A stretch of 64,000 nt of DNA from Chloroflexota bacterium. Its GTDB lineage: Bacteria > Chloroflexota > Dehalococcoidia > Dehalococcoidales > UBA2162. This document shows positions 18,890-27,181 of this stretch, piece by piece. The notes below the pieces were generated by a model that made no database searches, was not told the DNA's origin, and saw only the letters and a program-made list of their open reading frames with translations. A program made the translations under genes and the position numbers. Position 1 is the stretch's first letter; each line of letters starts with the position of its first letter. Location of the stretch: the NCBI GenBank assembly GCA_016190825.1, contig JACPPV010000023.1, forward strand, positions 139,476-203,475. The letters run 5' to 3'.

Positions 18890-19267
18890 TTACTCGTCCG
18901 CCTCCAGCTCCTTAAGCCTCGCATCGCTGATGCCAAAGTGGTGAGCGATTTCGTGGCGTAGCGTTTTTCTTACCTCGGCGTAGACTTCATCGGCATTGCG
19001 GCACCTGGCCTCGATGGGTTTCCGGAAGAGGGTAATCTTGTCTGGCAGCACCATGCCGTAATAGGTGGTACGCTCGGTCTGCGGGATACCCTCGTAAAGC
19101 CCCAGCAACTCCCCTGCGTGTTCCAGCTCCGCCTGTTCTATCTGCTCCGGCGTTGGGTAATCCTCCACCACAATGTCCACGTTATCGAGCATATCCAGGA
19201 ACTCCTGCGGCAGTTCCTCAAACGCTTTGGCGACCATCTCTTCAAACTGTTCGTGACTTAATATCAA
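18890..19267 (-). CDS. Zincin-like metallopeptidase family protein (DUF1025 type)
   Basis: 125 aa. C-terminal HEIAHHFG metal site, acidic N-terminal half. Confidence 0.7.
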   Translation of the reverse strand: MILSHEQFEEMVAKAFEELPQEFLDMLDNVDIVVEDYPTPEQIEQAELEHAGELLGLYEGIPQTERTTYYGMVLPDKITLFRKPIEARCRNADEVYAEVRKTLRHEIAHHFGISDARLKELEADE

Positions 19268-19298
19268 AGAAATCCTTCTCAGTAAGAAAGTACATAAT

Positions 19299-19369
19299 TG
19301 TCATTCCGGTCTCTGCGATGGGATCAAGGGTTGCCACCCCAGTGGATTCCCGCTTGCGCGGGAATGACA
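19299..19369. repeat. Palindromic repeat (GTCATTCC...GGGAATGAC type)
   Basis: gtcattccggtctctgcgatgggatcaagggttgccaccccagtggattcccgcttgcgcgggaatgac. Confidence 0.5.
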
Positions 19370-19403
19370 TTGTAGAAGACCTCCACGGTCGGTACGCTAT
19401 GCC

Positions 19404-19562
19404 TCACCGGCCGAATCCCACGAGCGATACCAGCACCGTGATGATGCCAATAAGGACGAGATACCCCCCGATGATATAGGCGATTATCTTCGGCCAGACG
19501 ATGATTATTATCCCGACAACTATGCTAACTATCCCGGCGAAAAGGCCGCCCGCCATCAGCAT
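19404..19562 (-). CDS. Small membrane protein (DUF3096-like)
   Basis: 52-aa ORF absent from the supplied track: MLMAGGLFAGIVSIVVGIIIIVWPKIIAYIIGGYLVLIGIITVLVSLVGFGR. Two TM helices with the VWP motif. Confidence 0.45.
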   Translation of the reverse strand: MLMAGGLFAGIVSIVVGIIIIVWPKIIAYIIGGYLVLIGIITVLVSLVGFGR

Positions 19563-19580
19563 TGGCATTGTATTACCTCC

Positions 19581-19739
19581 TTATTCCCACTTTGTCATTG
19601 CGAGCCATTCTTCTCACCTGTCATCGCGAGCGAAGCGTGGCGATCCCAAAGGATATCCAGAGATTGCCACCCTTCGACAGGCTCAGGGCAGGCTGGGCGG
19701 AGTTTACACTGAGCCTGCGAATGTGCCCTCGCAATGACA
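19581..19739. repeat. Cluster of intergenic palindromic repeats (TGTCATTGCGAG and CCCTTCGACAGGCTCAGGGC types)
   Basis: ttgtcattgcgagcc..gtcatcgcgagcgaagcg..cccttcgacaggctcagggcaggc..ccctcgcaatgaca, directly downstream of the selB stop. Confidence 0.55.
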
Positions 19740-19758
19740 ACTCTAGATTTGCTCCATG

Positions 19759-21609
19759 CTAATACAGCGCCCTCTCATCTCCAACGCGGCGGGTCAACTT
19801 CTTCTCGTCCAGATGCTCGAGAATCGCCTGGGCGTACTTGCGGCTGGTATTGAAGAGGTCGCGCACCTCCGCCAGGGTAACCTTGCCATTTTTCTTGATA
19901 TGGGCGATGATTTTGTCCACCATAATATTATAGGCGGACACGGAAAAGACCACCGAATCGCTAACCTTGACCACCTTCTGCTGTTCGGCGAGGAGATTGA
20001 GCAAATCTGGTTCGGGAATCTGGTCGCCCGGCGGGGAAAAGGGATTTTGCGCCAGGGACTTCAAAAACGCGTCAATCTTCGCCTGCTGCGCCGGGTTCAG
20101 TTTGACCTGATGAGACGGGAGGCGCACTGCCAGCCCTTCCTCGCCAAGTATACCTTCAGAAACGAGCCGGGGAAAGAGCTGGGGAGCATATTTGGTCATC
20201 CTAAGGCGGCTCGCCAGTTCAACCCGGGGCATGCCGCTCCGGACGGGATATTTGTGATGATACTCTTTCACTACAGCGGATGCTTCCGTGGTCAGTAGCG
20301 ACCACCCGGACGATGTGAAGAATGCGCGGTGCTCGCCTTCGCCCAGCGCCATAGCCCGACCTTCCTGGATAAGCGAATCCATGACCGCTTTGACCTGACC
20401 GGGGGGCAGCTGGCTCTGTGCCGCAAGTTCCCGCAGTTCAAGAGGCTGTTTCGATTGGAGCAATACCAGAAGGCTGGCCTCAGCGGCACCCCCTTCCTGT
20501 GCCTTCAGCGCCTCGATGGTTGCCGGGCGGAAGCGGTGCACCCGCTTGGCGTGCGCCTCGATGACCTTGCCCCCCCCGAGCGTCTCCATCGGCGAGCGGA
20601 TGATATAGTGGTCGCCTTTGACGAGCGCCACCGGCTCCTCCAGCACAAGCTGCGCCCAGCCGGTTTCTCCGGGCTGGAGCTTCTCCTTCTCCAGCAGGCG
20701 GACTTTCGCCATCGTCTCGGCGGCGCCGGTATGGAAGCTGACGGTCGTACTGTGTATCAGCGGGCGGCGGATGTAGTCCAGCAAGCGGAGCCGGGCGCTG
20801 AGGAGTGTTGTGGGTACAAGCCAGCCGGGCTTAGTCAAAACATTGCCGCGGACTACCTGGGTGGTGGTTATCCCGACTATATTGGCGGCGACACGGCTGC
20901 CGGGGGCAGCGGTGTTGACTCGGGCTTTGTGCGTCTGCAATCCACGCAGGCGCGATTTCAGCCCGGGCGGAACAATTTCCACTTCATCCCCCACCGAAAA
21001 GGAGCCATCGATAAGCGTGCCGGTAACGACGGTGCCCGCCCCGGCGATGGTAAAGATGCGGTCGATAGGCAGCCGCGGCCGCCCGATGTCCTTTTTCGGC
21101 TCGGTTTCAGCCAGAAGTCTGTCGATCATCGCTGCCAGTTGAGGCAGACCTTCAGAGGTGATGGCGGAGACTGGAACGATGGGAGCCCCGGAAAGGCAGG
21201 TGGGTTTGAGCAGTTCTTCGATATCACCGGCGACCAGTTCCAGCCACTCGTCATCAACCAGGTCTTTCTTGGTGAGTGCTACGATGCCGCGCTCGATGCC
21301 GAGCAAGTCGAGAATAGCGAGGTGCTCGCGGGTTTGGGGCATTATCCCCTCATTGGCAGCTATCACCAGCAGGGCGAGGTCTATCCCGCCAACTCCTGCC
21401 AGCATGTTCTTGACGAAGCGCTCGTGGCCGGGCACATCAACGATCCCGACTTCCTGCCCGCTTGGCAGCTTGAGCCAGGCGAAGCCAAGGTCGATTGTCA
21501 TCCCCCGCTCCTGCTCCTCGCGCAGGCGGTCCGGCTCAATGCCCGTCAGTGCCTTGACCAGCGCCGATTTTCCATGGTCGATATGCCCCGCCGTTCCCAG
21601 GACGTACAT
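19759..21609 (-). CDS. selB: Selenocysteine-specific translation elongation factor
   Basis: Start taken at MYVLGTAGHIDHGKS (G1). DVPGHERF (G3), TKKD (G4). Long C-terminal winged-helix extension. The upstream part of the listed ORF runs into a repeat element. Confidence 0.9.
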   Translation of the reverse strand: MYVLGTAGHIDHGKSALVKALTGIEPDRLREEQERGMTIDLGFAWLKLPSGQEVGIVDVPGHERFVKNMLAGVGGIDLALLVIAANEGIMPQTREHLAILDLLGIERGIVALTKKDLVDDEWLELVAGDIEELLKPTCLSGAPIVPVSAITSEGLPQLAAMIDRLLAETEPKKDIGRPRLPIDRIFTIAGAGTVVTGTLIDGSFSVGDEVEIVPPGLKSRLRGLQTHKARVNTAAPGSRVAANIVGITTTQVVRGNVLTKPGWLVPTTLLSARLRLLDYIRRPLIHSTTVSFHTGAAETMAKVRLLEKEKLQPGETGWAQLVLEEPVALVKGDHYIIRSPMETLGGGKVIEAHAKRVHRFRPATIEALKAQEGGAAEASLLVLLQSKQPLELRELAAQSQLPPGQVKAVMDSLIQEGRAMALGEGEHRAFFTSSGWSLLTTEASAVVKEYHHKYPVRSGMPRVELASRLRMTKYAPQLFPRLVSEGILGEEGLAVRLPSHQVKLNPAQQAKIDAFLKSLAQNPFSPPGDQIPEPDLLNLLAEQQKVVKVSDSVVFSVSAYNIMVDKIIAHIKKNGKVTLAEVRDLFNTSRKYAQAILEHLDEKKLTRRVGDERALY

Positions 21610-21691
21610 ATCTAAATTGTCACATAGAAAGGGCGGGATGTCTACCCGGAGGAAAAGACGCTTCAGCAAATAAGACAGGGGACACAAAATG

Positions 21692-21750
21692 CCGTTCGTG
21701 GTGAGCCTGTCGAACCATGAATGGCCCTTCGACAAGCTCAGGGCGAACGG
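21692..21750. repeat. 59-bp palindromic repeat (CCGTTCG...CGAACGG family)
   Basis: ccgttcgtggtgagcctgtcgaaccatgaatggcccttcgacaagctcagggcgaacgg. Close to 40637-40695. Confidence 0.8.
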
Positions 21751-21855
21751 GTTGATAAGTCATCCATGAACGATGCGGAATAACCAGATTACAAGAGACA
21801 AACAATTGACCGATATGCAGTTGGGTACGATCCGTTAACATTCATTTGCAGATGT

Positions 21856-22092
21856 CTATTGATTCATTTCAATCTTGTAAAGATAAGATAGACACAGAGC
21901 CGTGGTGATGAACCGTCGTAATCTGGCATCATTCTCATTCGAAATACCGGGATGGGAGCCGTTCGAAGAGGAAAACCCATAAAACATTTTGAGAAGCTCA
22001 AACTCATCATCCGTCAGGAAAGCTGTTGTCTTCAAATACTCTCGGTAGTCAACTGTAGCAGCATGAAAAGGTTTGGTGTACGTTATTGACAT
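21856..22092 (-). CDS. Hypothetical protein (AT-richer orphan ORF)
   Basis: 78 aa, no recognisable motif. Visibly lower GC than its neighbours. Lies between selA and selB on the same strand. Confidence 0.3.
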   Translation of the reverse strand: MSITYTKPFHAATVDYREYLKTTAFLTDDEFELLKMFYGFSSSNGSHPGISNENDARLRRFITTALCLSYLYKIEMNQ

Positions 22093-22149
22093 CCGACACC
22101 ATATATGCCATTTCCGTCTATTTCACAATTGCTTTTAGGCTGATGGGTC

Positions 22150-23544
22150 TTACTTTGAATCGGTCAGTTCAAATAATCCCCGCAATTCCAGCAGAGCCTT
22201 GATTACCAGCTCATCCTCTTCCGGCGGGACGGAGCGGGGATCGAGGAGCAATGCATCTTCGCTGACGCGCCCGATGATGGGAGGAATGTCGGCCCGCAAT
22301 CTTTGCGCCAGCGCCTGCGATGTATTCCTGCCCTGCTTTTTACCCGGGATCGCCACGAGCTTCGTCGGCAGGGCGCTGCCCGGCAGACTTCCGCCGCCGA
22401 TCATGCTCTCACCATCGACCACTCGCGCCAGATCACCGAGGGCCTCTGCCCACTTTGCCGCCCTCTTCTCAAGCTCAGCCAGCGGCGCGGAAATCATCAT
22501 CCATACGGGGATTTTCCGGGTTGCTTCGCCTTTCAGGTAGTGAATCAGCGTGGCTGCCAGTCCGGCCAGGCGGACCTTATCAATGCGCGATGCCCGGTAA
22601 AGGGGATGCTTCCTGAGCCTGTCAACGAGCTCCTTTTTCCCGACAATGATTCCAGCCTGGGGGCCGCCCATTAGCTTGTCACCGGAAAAGCAGACCAGCC
22701 CCACCCCGGCGGCTACGCTTTGCTGGACCATCGGCTCGGCGCCAAGTCCGAAGGCCGTAGAATCCAGGAAACAACCGCTACCCTGGTCATCGATCACCGG
22801 TAGGCCGGTGCGCTTGCCCAGCGCCGTCATCTCTCCGATGGTCACGGCGTGGGTGAAGCCAACAACCTGAAAGTTACTGGAGTGGACGCGGAGCATGGCC
22901 GCAGTGCGGGGGGTGATCGCCTGCTCGTAGTCAGTGATGTATGTGCAGTTGGTGGCGCCCACATCAATCAGTTTGGCGCCGCTCTGGCGCATGACATCGG
23001 GGATGCGAAAGCTTCCTCCGATCTCCACCGCCTCCCCCCGGGAAACGATGACCTCTTTCCTTCTGGCAAGGGTAGTCAAAGCCAGCAGCATCGCTGAAGC
23101 ATTACTATTAACTACGATGCCTGCCTCAGCGCCGGTCAACTGACACAGGATCGGGTCAAGGTGAACGTCCCGTGAGCCGCGGTCGCCGCGCTCCAGGTCA
23201 AACTCAAGATTGCAGTAGCCACTAGCAGCAATCTCCATAGCGGCAATGGTCTCCCGGCTCATCGGCGCGCGCCCGAGGTTGGTGTGGAGAATGACGCCAG
23301 TGGCGTTGATCACCGGGCGGAGGCTAATTTGTCCCAGATGGCTAAGCTCCGTCTGAATGTACTCCACGATTTTGTCAAGGGATGCGGCGGTCTTGCCGGA
23401 GGCGACGACTCCGCGTTCCCGTTCCAGCCGCTTCCGCGCCAGCTCCACTAATACTTCGTGTGGGTATTCCTGCGCCAGCGCCTTGAGCCGCCCATCGGCA
23501 AGGAGGCGGTCCACACTGGGCAGACGGCGAAATTCAGTGGTCAT
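22150..23544 (-). CDS. selA: L-seryl-tRNA(Sec) selenium transferase
   Basis: 464 aa. PLP-lysine context FSGDKLMGGPQAGIIVG. N-terminal tRNA-binding region with the RLPSVD motif. Confidence 0.92.
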   Translation of the reverse strand: MTTEFRRLPSVDRLLADGRLKALAQEYPHEVLVELARKRLERERGVVASGKTAASLDKIVEYIQTELSHLGQISLRPVINATGVILHTNLGRAPMSRETIAAMEIAASGYCNLEFDLERGDRGSRDVHLDPILCQLTGAEAGIVVNSNASAMLLALTTLARRKEVIVSRGEAVEIGGSFRIPDVMRQSGAKLIDVGATNCTYITDYEQAITPRTAAMLRVHSSNFQVVGFTHAVTIGEMTALGKRTGLPVIDDQGSGCFLDSTAFGLGAEPMVQQSVAAGVGLVCFSGDKLMGGPQAGIIVGKKELVDRLRKHPLYRASRIDKVRLAGLAATLIHYLKGEATRKIPVWMMISAPLAELEKRAAKWAEALGDLARVVDGESMIGGGSLPGSALPTKLVAIPGKKQGRNTSQALAQRLRADIPPIIGRVSEDALLLDPRSVPPEEDELVIKALLELRGLFELTDSK

Positions 23545-23768
23545 AAGTTGGGTTTATTTTAGCATAAAATTGGGCGGTGTTGTTTGATGCTTGAGGCCTT
23601 GTAAACTCTGTGAAGAATTCGCCCGTCATCGGCTCTTTTCTAGCTTCTCCCGAGCTGTCGGGATGCTGGAACGACAAGAGGAGACGCGTTCAGCCCCACC
23701 TTTGCTTTCTCCATGCCGCAGTGCTAAAATGCTCAGGAAACCACTCTCTCAATAAACGGAGGAGTTAA

Positions 23769-24818
23769 ATGACGAAGGAAAAGGGTCAGCGCCTGACCGA
23801 AACCGTCCGCTGCGCCGGTTGAGCTTCAAAATTGGGTCCGGCGGACCTTAAGATAGCCCTGGCTAATTTGCCGATAGTGTCTGACCCGAAGGTAATCCGT
23901 GGCATGGAGGCGATGGACAACGCCGGCGTCTACAGGCTGACTGATGACCTGGCTCTCATCCAGAGCGTTGACTTTTTTACACCCGTTGTCGATGATCCTT
24001 ACGCCTTCGGCCAGATTGCCGTGGTCAATGCCCTGAGCGATGTTTATGCCATGGGAGGTACTCCGGTGACTGCCATGAACCTGGTCTGTTTCCCGACTGA
24101 GTCCATGGAAATCACTATCTTGAAAGATATTCTCCGCGGTGGCGCGGACAAAATGCTGGAGGCGAAGGTCGTGCTGCTGGGCGGGCATAGCATTGATGAC
24201 GTCGAGTTAAAATACGGACTTTCGGTCACCGCCACCGTCCATCCGGAAAAGCTGTTGACCAACTCCGGTGCCAGGCCCGGGGATAAGGTTATCCTGACGA
24301 AACCCCTCGGTGCGGGAATTATTAGCACTGCTCTGAAGGCCGGGCAGGCCAGCCAGTCGCAGATTGCCACTATTACCCGTTCCATGCTGACGCTCAATGA
24401 CAAAGCCTCAGCGCTGATGGTAGAGGCTGGCGCCCACGCCTGCACCGATATCACCGGCTTCGGGTTCATCGGGCATGTCTCACATCTCGCGCAGAACAGC
24501 GGCGTAGGCATGAACATCAACCTCGCCGCCCTTCCGGCTTTCCCTGGCGCGCTGGAACTTGTCCGGCGAGGGTTCTGCCCGGGCGGCCTGCAGCGGAACC
24601 GGGAGTTCTATTCGGGAAGCGCACAATTCGCTCCTGAGGTCCCGTCTGAAGCGCAAGATGTGCTTTACGATCCGCAGACATCGGGAGGGCTGTTCATCTG
24701 CGTCTCCCCTGATAAAGCCGAGGGGTTGCTGGGGCGGCTGAAAGCGGCCGGAGTGAGCGATGCGGCGATAATCGGCGAGGTGGTCAGCGAGCCGAAGGGA
24801 ATAATAACGGTCAGGTAG
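23769..24818 (+). CDS. selD: Selenide, water dikinase (selenophosphate synthetase), Sec-containing form
   Basis: ATG 23769 gives MTKEKGQRLTETVRCAG-[TGA 23820-23822]-ASKLGPADLK, in frame with the listed ORF 23832-24818. The UGA sits at the catalytic Cys/Sec position of the glycine-rich N-terminal loop. DDPYAFGQIAVVNALSDVYAMGG follows. Confidence 0.9.
23834..23848 (+). promoter_or_regulatory. Candidate SECIS hairpin core
   Basis: GGTCC-ggc-GGACC stem-loop starting 12 nt after the UGA. Only the short core was folded by eye. Confidence 0.35.
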
Positions 24819-24884
24819 GGTGGATTGGGAAGATTTGAGCGATTGGCAATGAAACCAGCTATAACGCAGTGGAGGTAGCTTATC

Positions 24885-25568
24885 GTGTCCAGCAACGGGA
24901 ACGGCCACAATGGCTGGCGAACACAGCCCATGCACAGCTTCGGGGAAGTCGCTCACTTGGCGCATGTCTCTGTTAGCACTGTTAGGAATTGGCTGCAAGG
25001 TTATGTTACTCCACAAGGGAACGTTGAACCTTTATTCAAGGGACATCCAGACGAAGAAAAAGCCTGTTCCTTCTTGGAACTGATAGAAATCATCGTAGCT
25101 GCCACCTTCAGAAAAGCGGAGCGTAAATCATTCCAGACGGTACGCCGTGCCTACGACAACGCTCGAACAATCTACGAACTTGAGTATCCCTTTGCCCGTC
25201 TCGAATTGAAAGCTATCGGTGGGCACATTGTACACATAATGCGGGTTCCCGGAGCTGCCTTACGGGCTATAGACTCGCCAGAACAATATACGCTGCCTGA
25301 CCTGGTGCAACAGATAATAAATGAGCAACTGGATTTCGAACGCGAATTGGCTAGTAGGTGGTATCCACTAGGGAAGGGCATTCCAATCGTAGTAGACCCC
25401 CGAATCAGTGCTGGATTGCCTACCATTAAGGGACGCGGTGTTACTGTCGATGCAATCTATAAACGTTTCAAAGCAGACGAGGCGATAAGATTCATCGCCA
25501 AAGATTTTGACCTTAAGTCTGAGATAGTTGAGCAAGTAATTCGTTTTAGGGAGAAGGTGGCTGCTTGA
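24885..25568 (+). CDS. DUF433-type antitoxin-like protein with N-terminal HTH
   Basis: 227 aa. HTH FGEVAHLAHVSVSTVRNWL. C-terminal IVVDPRISAGLPTIKGRGVTVDAIYKRF is the DUF433 signature. Confidence 0.6.
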   Translation: MSSNGNGHNGWRTQPMHSFGEVAHLAHVSVSTVRNWLQGYVTPQGNVEPLFKGHPDEEKACSFLELIEIIVAATFRKAERKSFQTVRRAYDNARTIYELEYPFARLELKAIGGHIVHIMRVPGAALRAIDSPEQYTLPDLVQQIINEQLDFERELASRWYPLGKGIPIVVDPRISAGLPTIKGRGVTVDAIYKRFKADEAIRFIAKDFDLKSEIVEQVIRFREKVAA

Positions 25569-25969
25569 TTCTCCTGTGCGTTGAGGATGTCGGTACTGGC
25601 ATCCCCAAAGCTCTTACACTCGTTGGTTGTGAGGCTCACTCTTTGAGGGGGTTGCACATGGGTGGTTGGGATGACACAAGATGGCTGCCCGTAGCCGGTA
25701 AGAACAAATGGTTAGTGTTTAGCTTCAATAAGAAGATATTGAAAGTTCCTAGCGAACGCGAAACCATTATCCTTGAAAAGATGGGCATAGTTTTTCTCAC
25801 GGATGGACAACAGCGTGCTCGTGCAACCTTGAAGCTCTTGCTTACTAAATGGGATACGCTTGAGCTATTGTGGAGCACTAATGAACGGCCCTTCGCTCGT
25901 TTCTTATCTCCTAACGGGCGACTTACCGACAAGTACAAGGATTATCAATTACTTGACTCTAAGGGCTAA
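25565..25969 (+). CDS. DUF5615 / Mut7-C PIN-like putative toxin
   Basis: 134 aa. 4-nt overlap with the DUF433 gene. The N-terminal acidic LCVEDVG..(D) pattern is weak. The call rests mainly on the conserved DUF433-DUF5615 pairing. Confidence 0.45.
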   Translation: MILLCVEDVGTGIPKALTLVGCEAHSLRGLHMGGWDDTRWLPVAGKNKWLVFSFNKKILKVPSERETIILEKMGIVFLTDGQQRARATLKLLLTKWDTLELLWSTNERPFARFLSPNGRLTDKYKDYQLLDSKG

Positions 25970-26007
25970 TTGCCCAAAATCTCCCCAATCTTTCACGGAG
26001 AAACCTG

Positions 26008-26991
26008 ATGGCTGAAACTAACCAGAAAATCGAAAAGCTGTGCTTCAAGACGATTGAGATTCCGAAGCTCACGCGCGGGATTGCCCGGGATGCCACCGAG
26101 CTTATCGGGAATACTCCGCTGGTCCGGTTGAACCGGGTGACGCGGGGCGTTAAAGCCGAGGTGCTGGGCAAGCTGGAGTCGTTCAATCCTGTAAGCAGCG
26201 TCAAGGATCGCATCGGCGTCTCGATGATCGTTGATGCCGAAGCTAGAGGTCTTATAAATAAAGATACGGTAATCGTTGAGGCGACGAGTGGCAATACTGG
26301 CATTGCGCTGGCTTTTGTTTGCGCTGCACGGGGATACCGGCTTATTCTGACCATGCCGGAAGACATGTCCCTGGAACGGCGAAAGCTACTCGCCTTTTTC
26401 GGTGCCGAACTGGTGCTCACTCCTGAAGCCGGAGGAATGGAGGCTGCAGTAAAGAAAGCGGAGGAACTGGTGGCAAATAACCGCAACTACTTCATGCCGC
26501 AGCAGTTCAACAATCCGGCCAACCCGGAGATTCACCGACTGACCACCGCCGAGGAAATCTGGCGGGATACGGCAGGCAGAGTGGATATCCTGGTGGCGGG
26601 AGTCGGCACCGGCGGCACGATTACCGGCGTTACAGACGTGATCAAGAAAAGAAAGCCCGGATTCCGGGCAATCGCCGTTGAACCGGCGGCATCGCCGGTG
26701 CTCTCTGGTGGAAAACCAGGTTTGCACAAAATCCAGGGACTTGGTGCTGGCTTTGTTCCTGATGTTGCCCGAATGGACCTAGTGGATGAGATTATCAGGG
26801 TAAACGATGAAAACGCAAGCATGATGGCGCGGCGGCTGGCACGGGAAGAGGGCCTGCTGGTAGGCATTTCTTCAGGGGCGGCTGTCTGGGCGGCGCTAGA
26901 GGTTGCCAAACGCCCGGAGAACGAGGGCAAGCTGATAGTCGTCGTCTTCCCGGATTCCGGCGAGCGCTATCTATCCACGTGGCTTTTTTAG
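26008..26991 (+). CDS. cysK: Cysteine synthase A (O-acetylserine sulfhydrylase)
   Basis: 327 aa. [12 protein letters not shown] lysine [24 protein letters not shown]. About 20 aa of N-terminal extension relative to typical CysK. Confidence 0.92.
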   Translation: MAETNQKIEKLCFKTIEIPKLTRGIARDATELIGNTPLVRLNRVTRGVKAEVLGKLESFNPVSSVKDRIGVSMIVDAEARGLINKDTVIVEATSGNTGIALAFVCAARGYRLILTMPEDMSLERRKLLAFFGAELVLTPEAGGMEAAVKKAEELVANNRNYFMPQQFNNPANPEIHRLTTAEEIWRDTAGRVDILVAGVGTGGTITGVTDVIKKRKPGFRAIAVEPAASPVLSGGKPGLHKIQGLGAGFVPDVARMDLVDEIIRVNDENASMMARRLAREEGLLVGISSGAAVWAALEVAKRPENEGKLIVVVFPDSGERYLSTWLF

Positions 26992-27181
26992 CGGTTGATT
27001 AAGCAAGTGTTCCGATCTTCCCTTCGCCCCTTCTTTGTCAATTTTACGTTAAAGAGGGGATAGCCTGCGGGAGAGTGACAGCATCAGACGGACCACCGCA
27101 TTCCGATAAACGCGGTTCGCAATGACGGAATGGTGGTAATCATCCCCATTCCCTTGATTTTATCGGGGAATGTAGTTAAAC

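Noticed and set aside
20329-21615. 428-aa plus-strand ORF. Similar long antisense ORFs occur at 1196-2017, 3244-4050, 9282-10175, 51207-52094 and 62079-62906.
   Set aside because: Each lies opposite a gene with strong family motifs (selB, hisS, pyrG, the GTPase, the subtilase, the rSAM enzyme). Their compositions are Arg/Gly/Pro-rich and low-complexity, typical of antisense frames.
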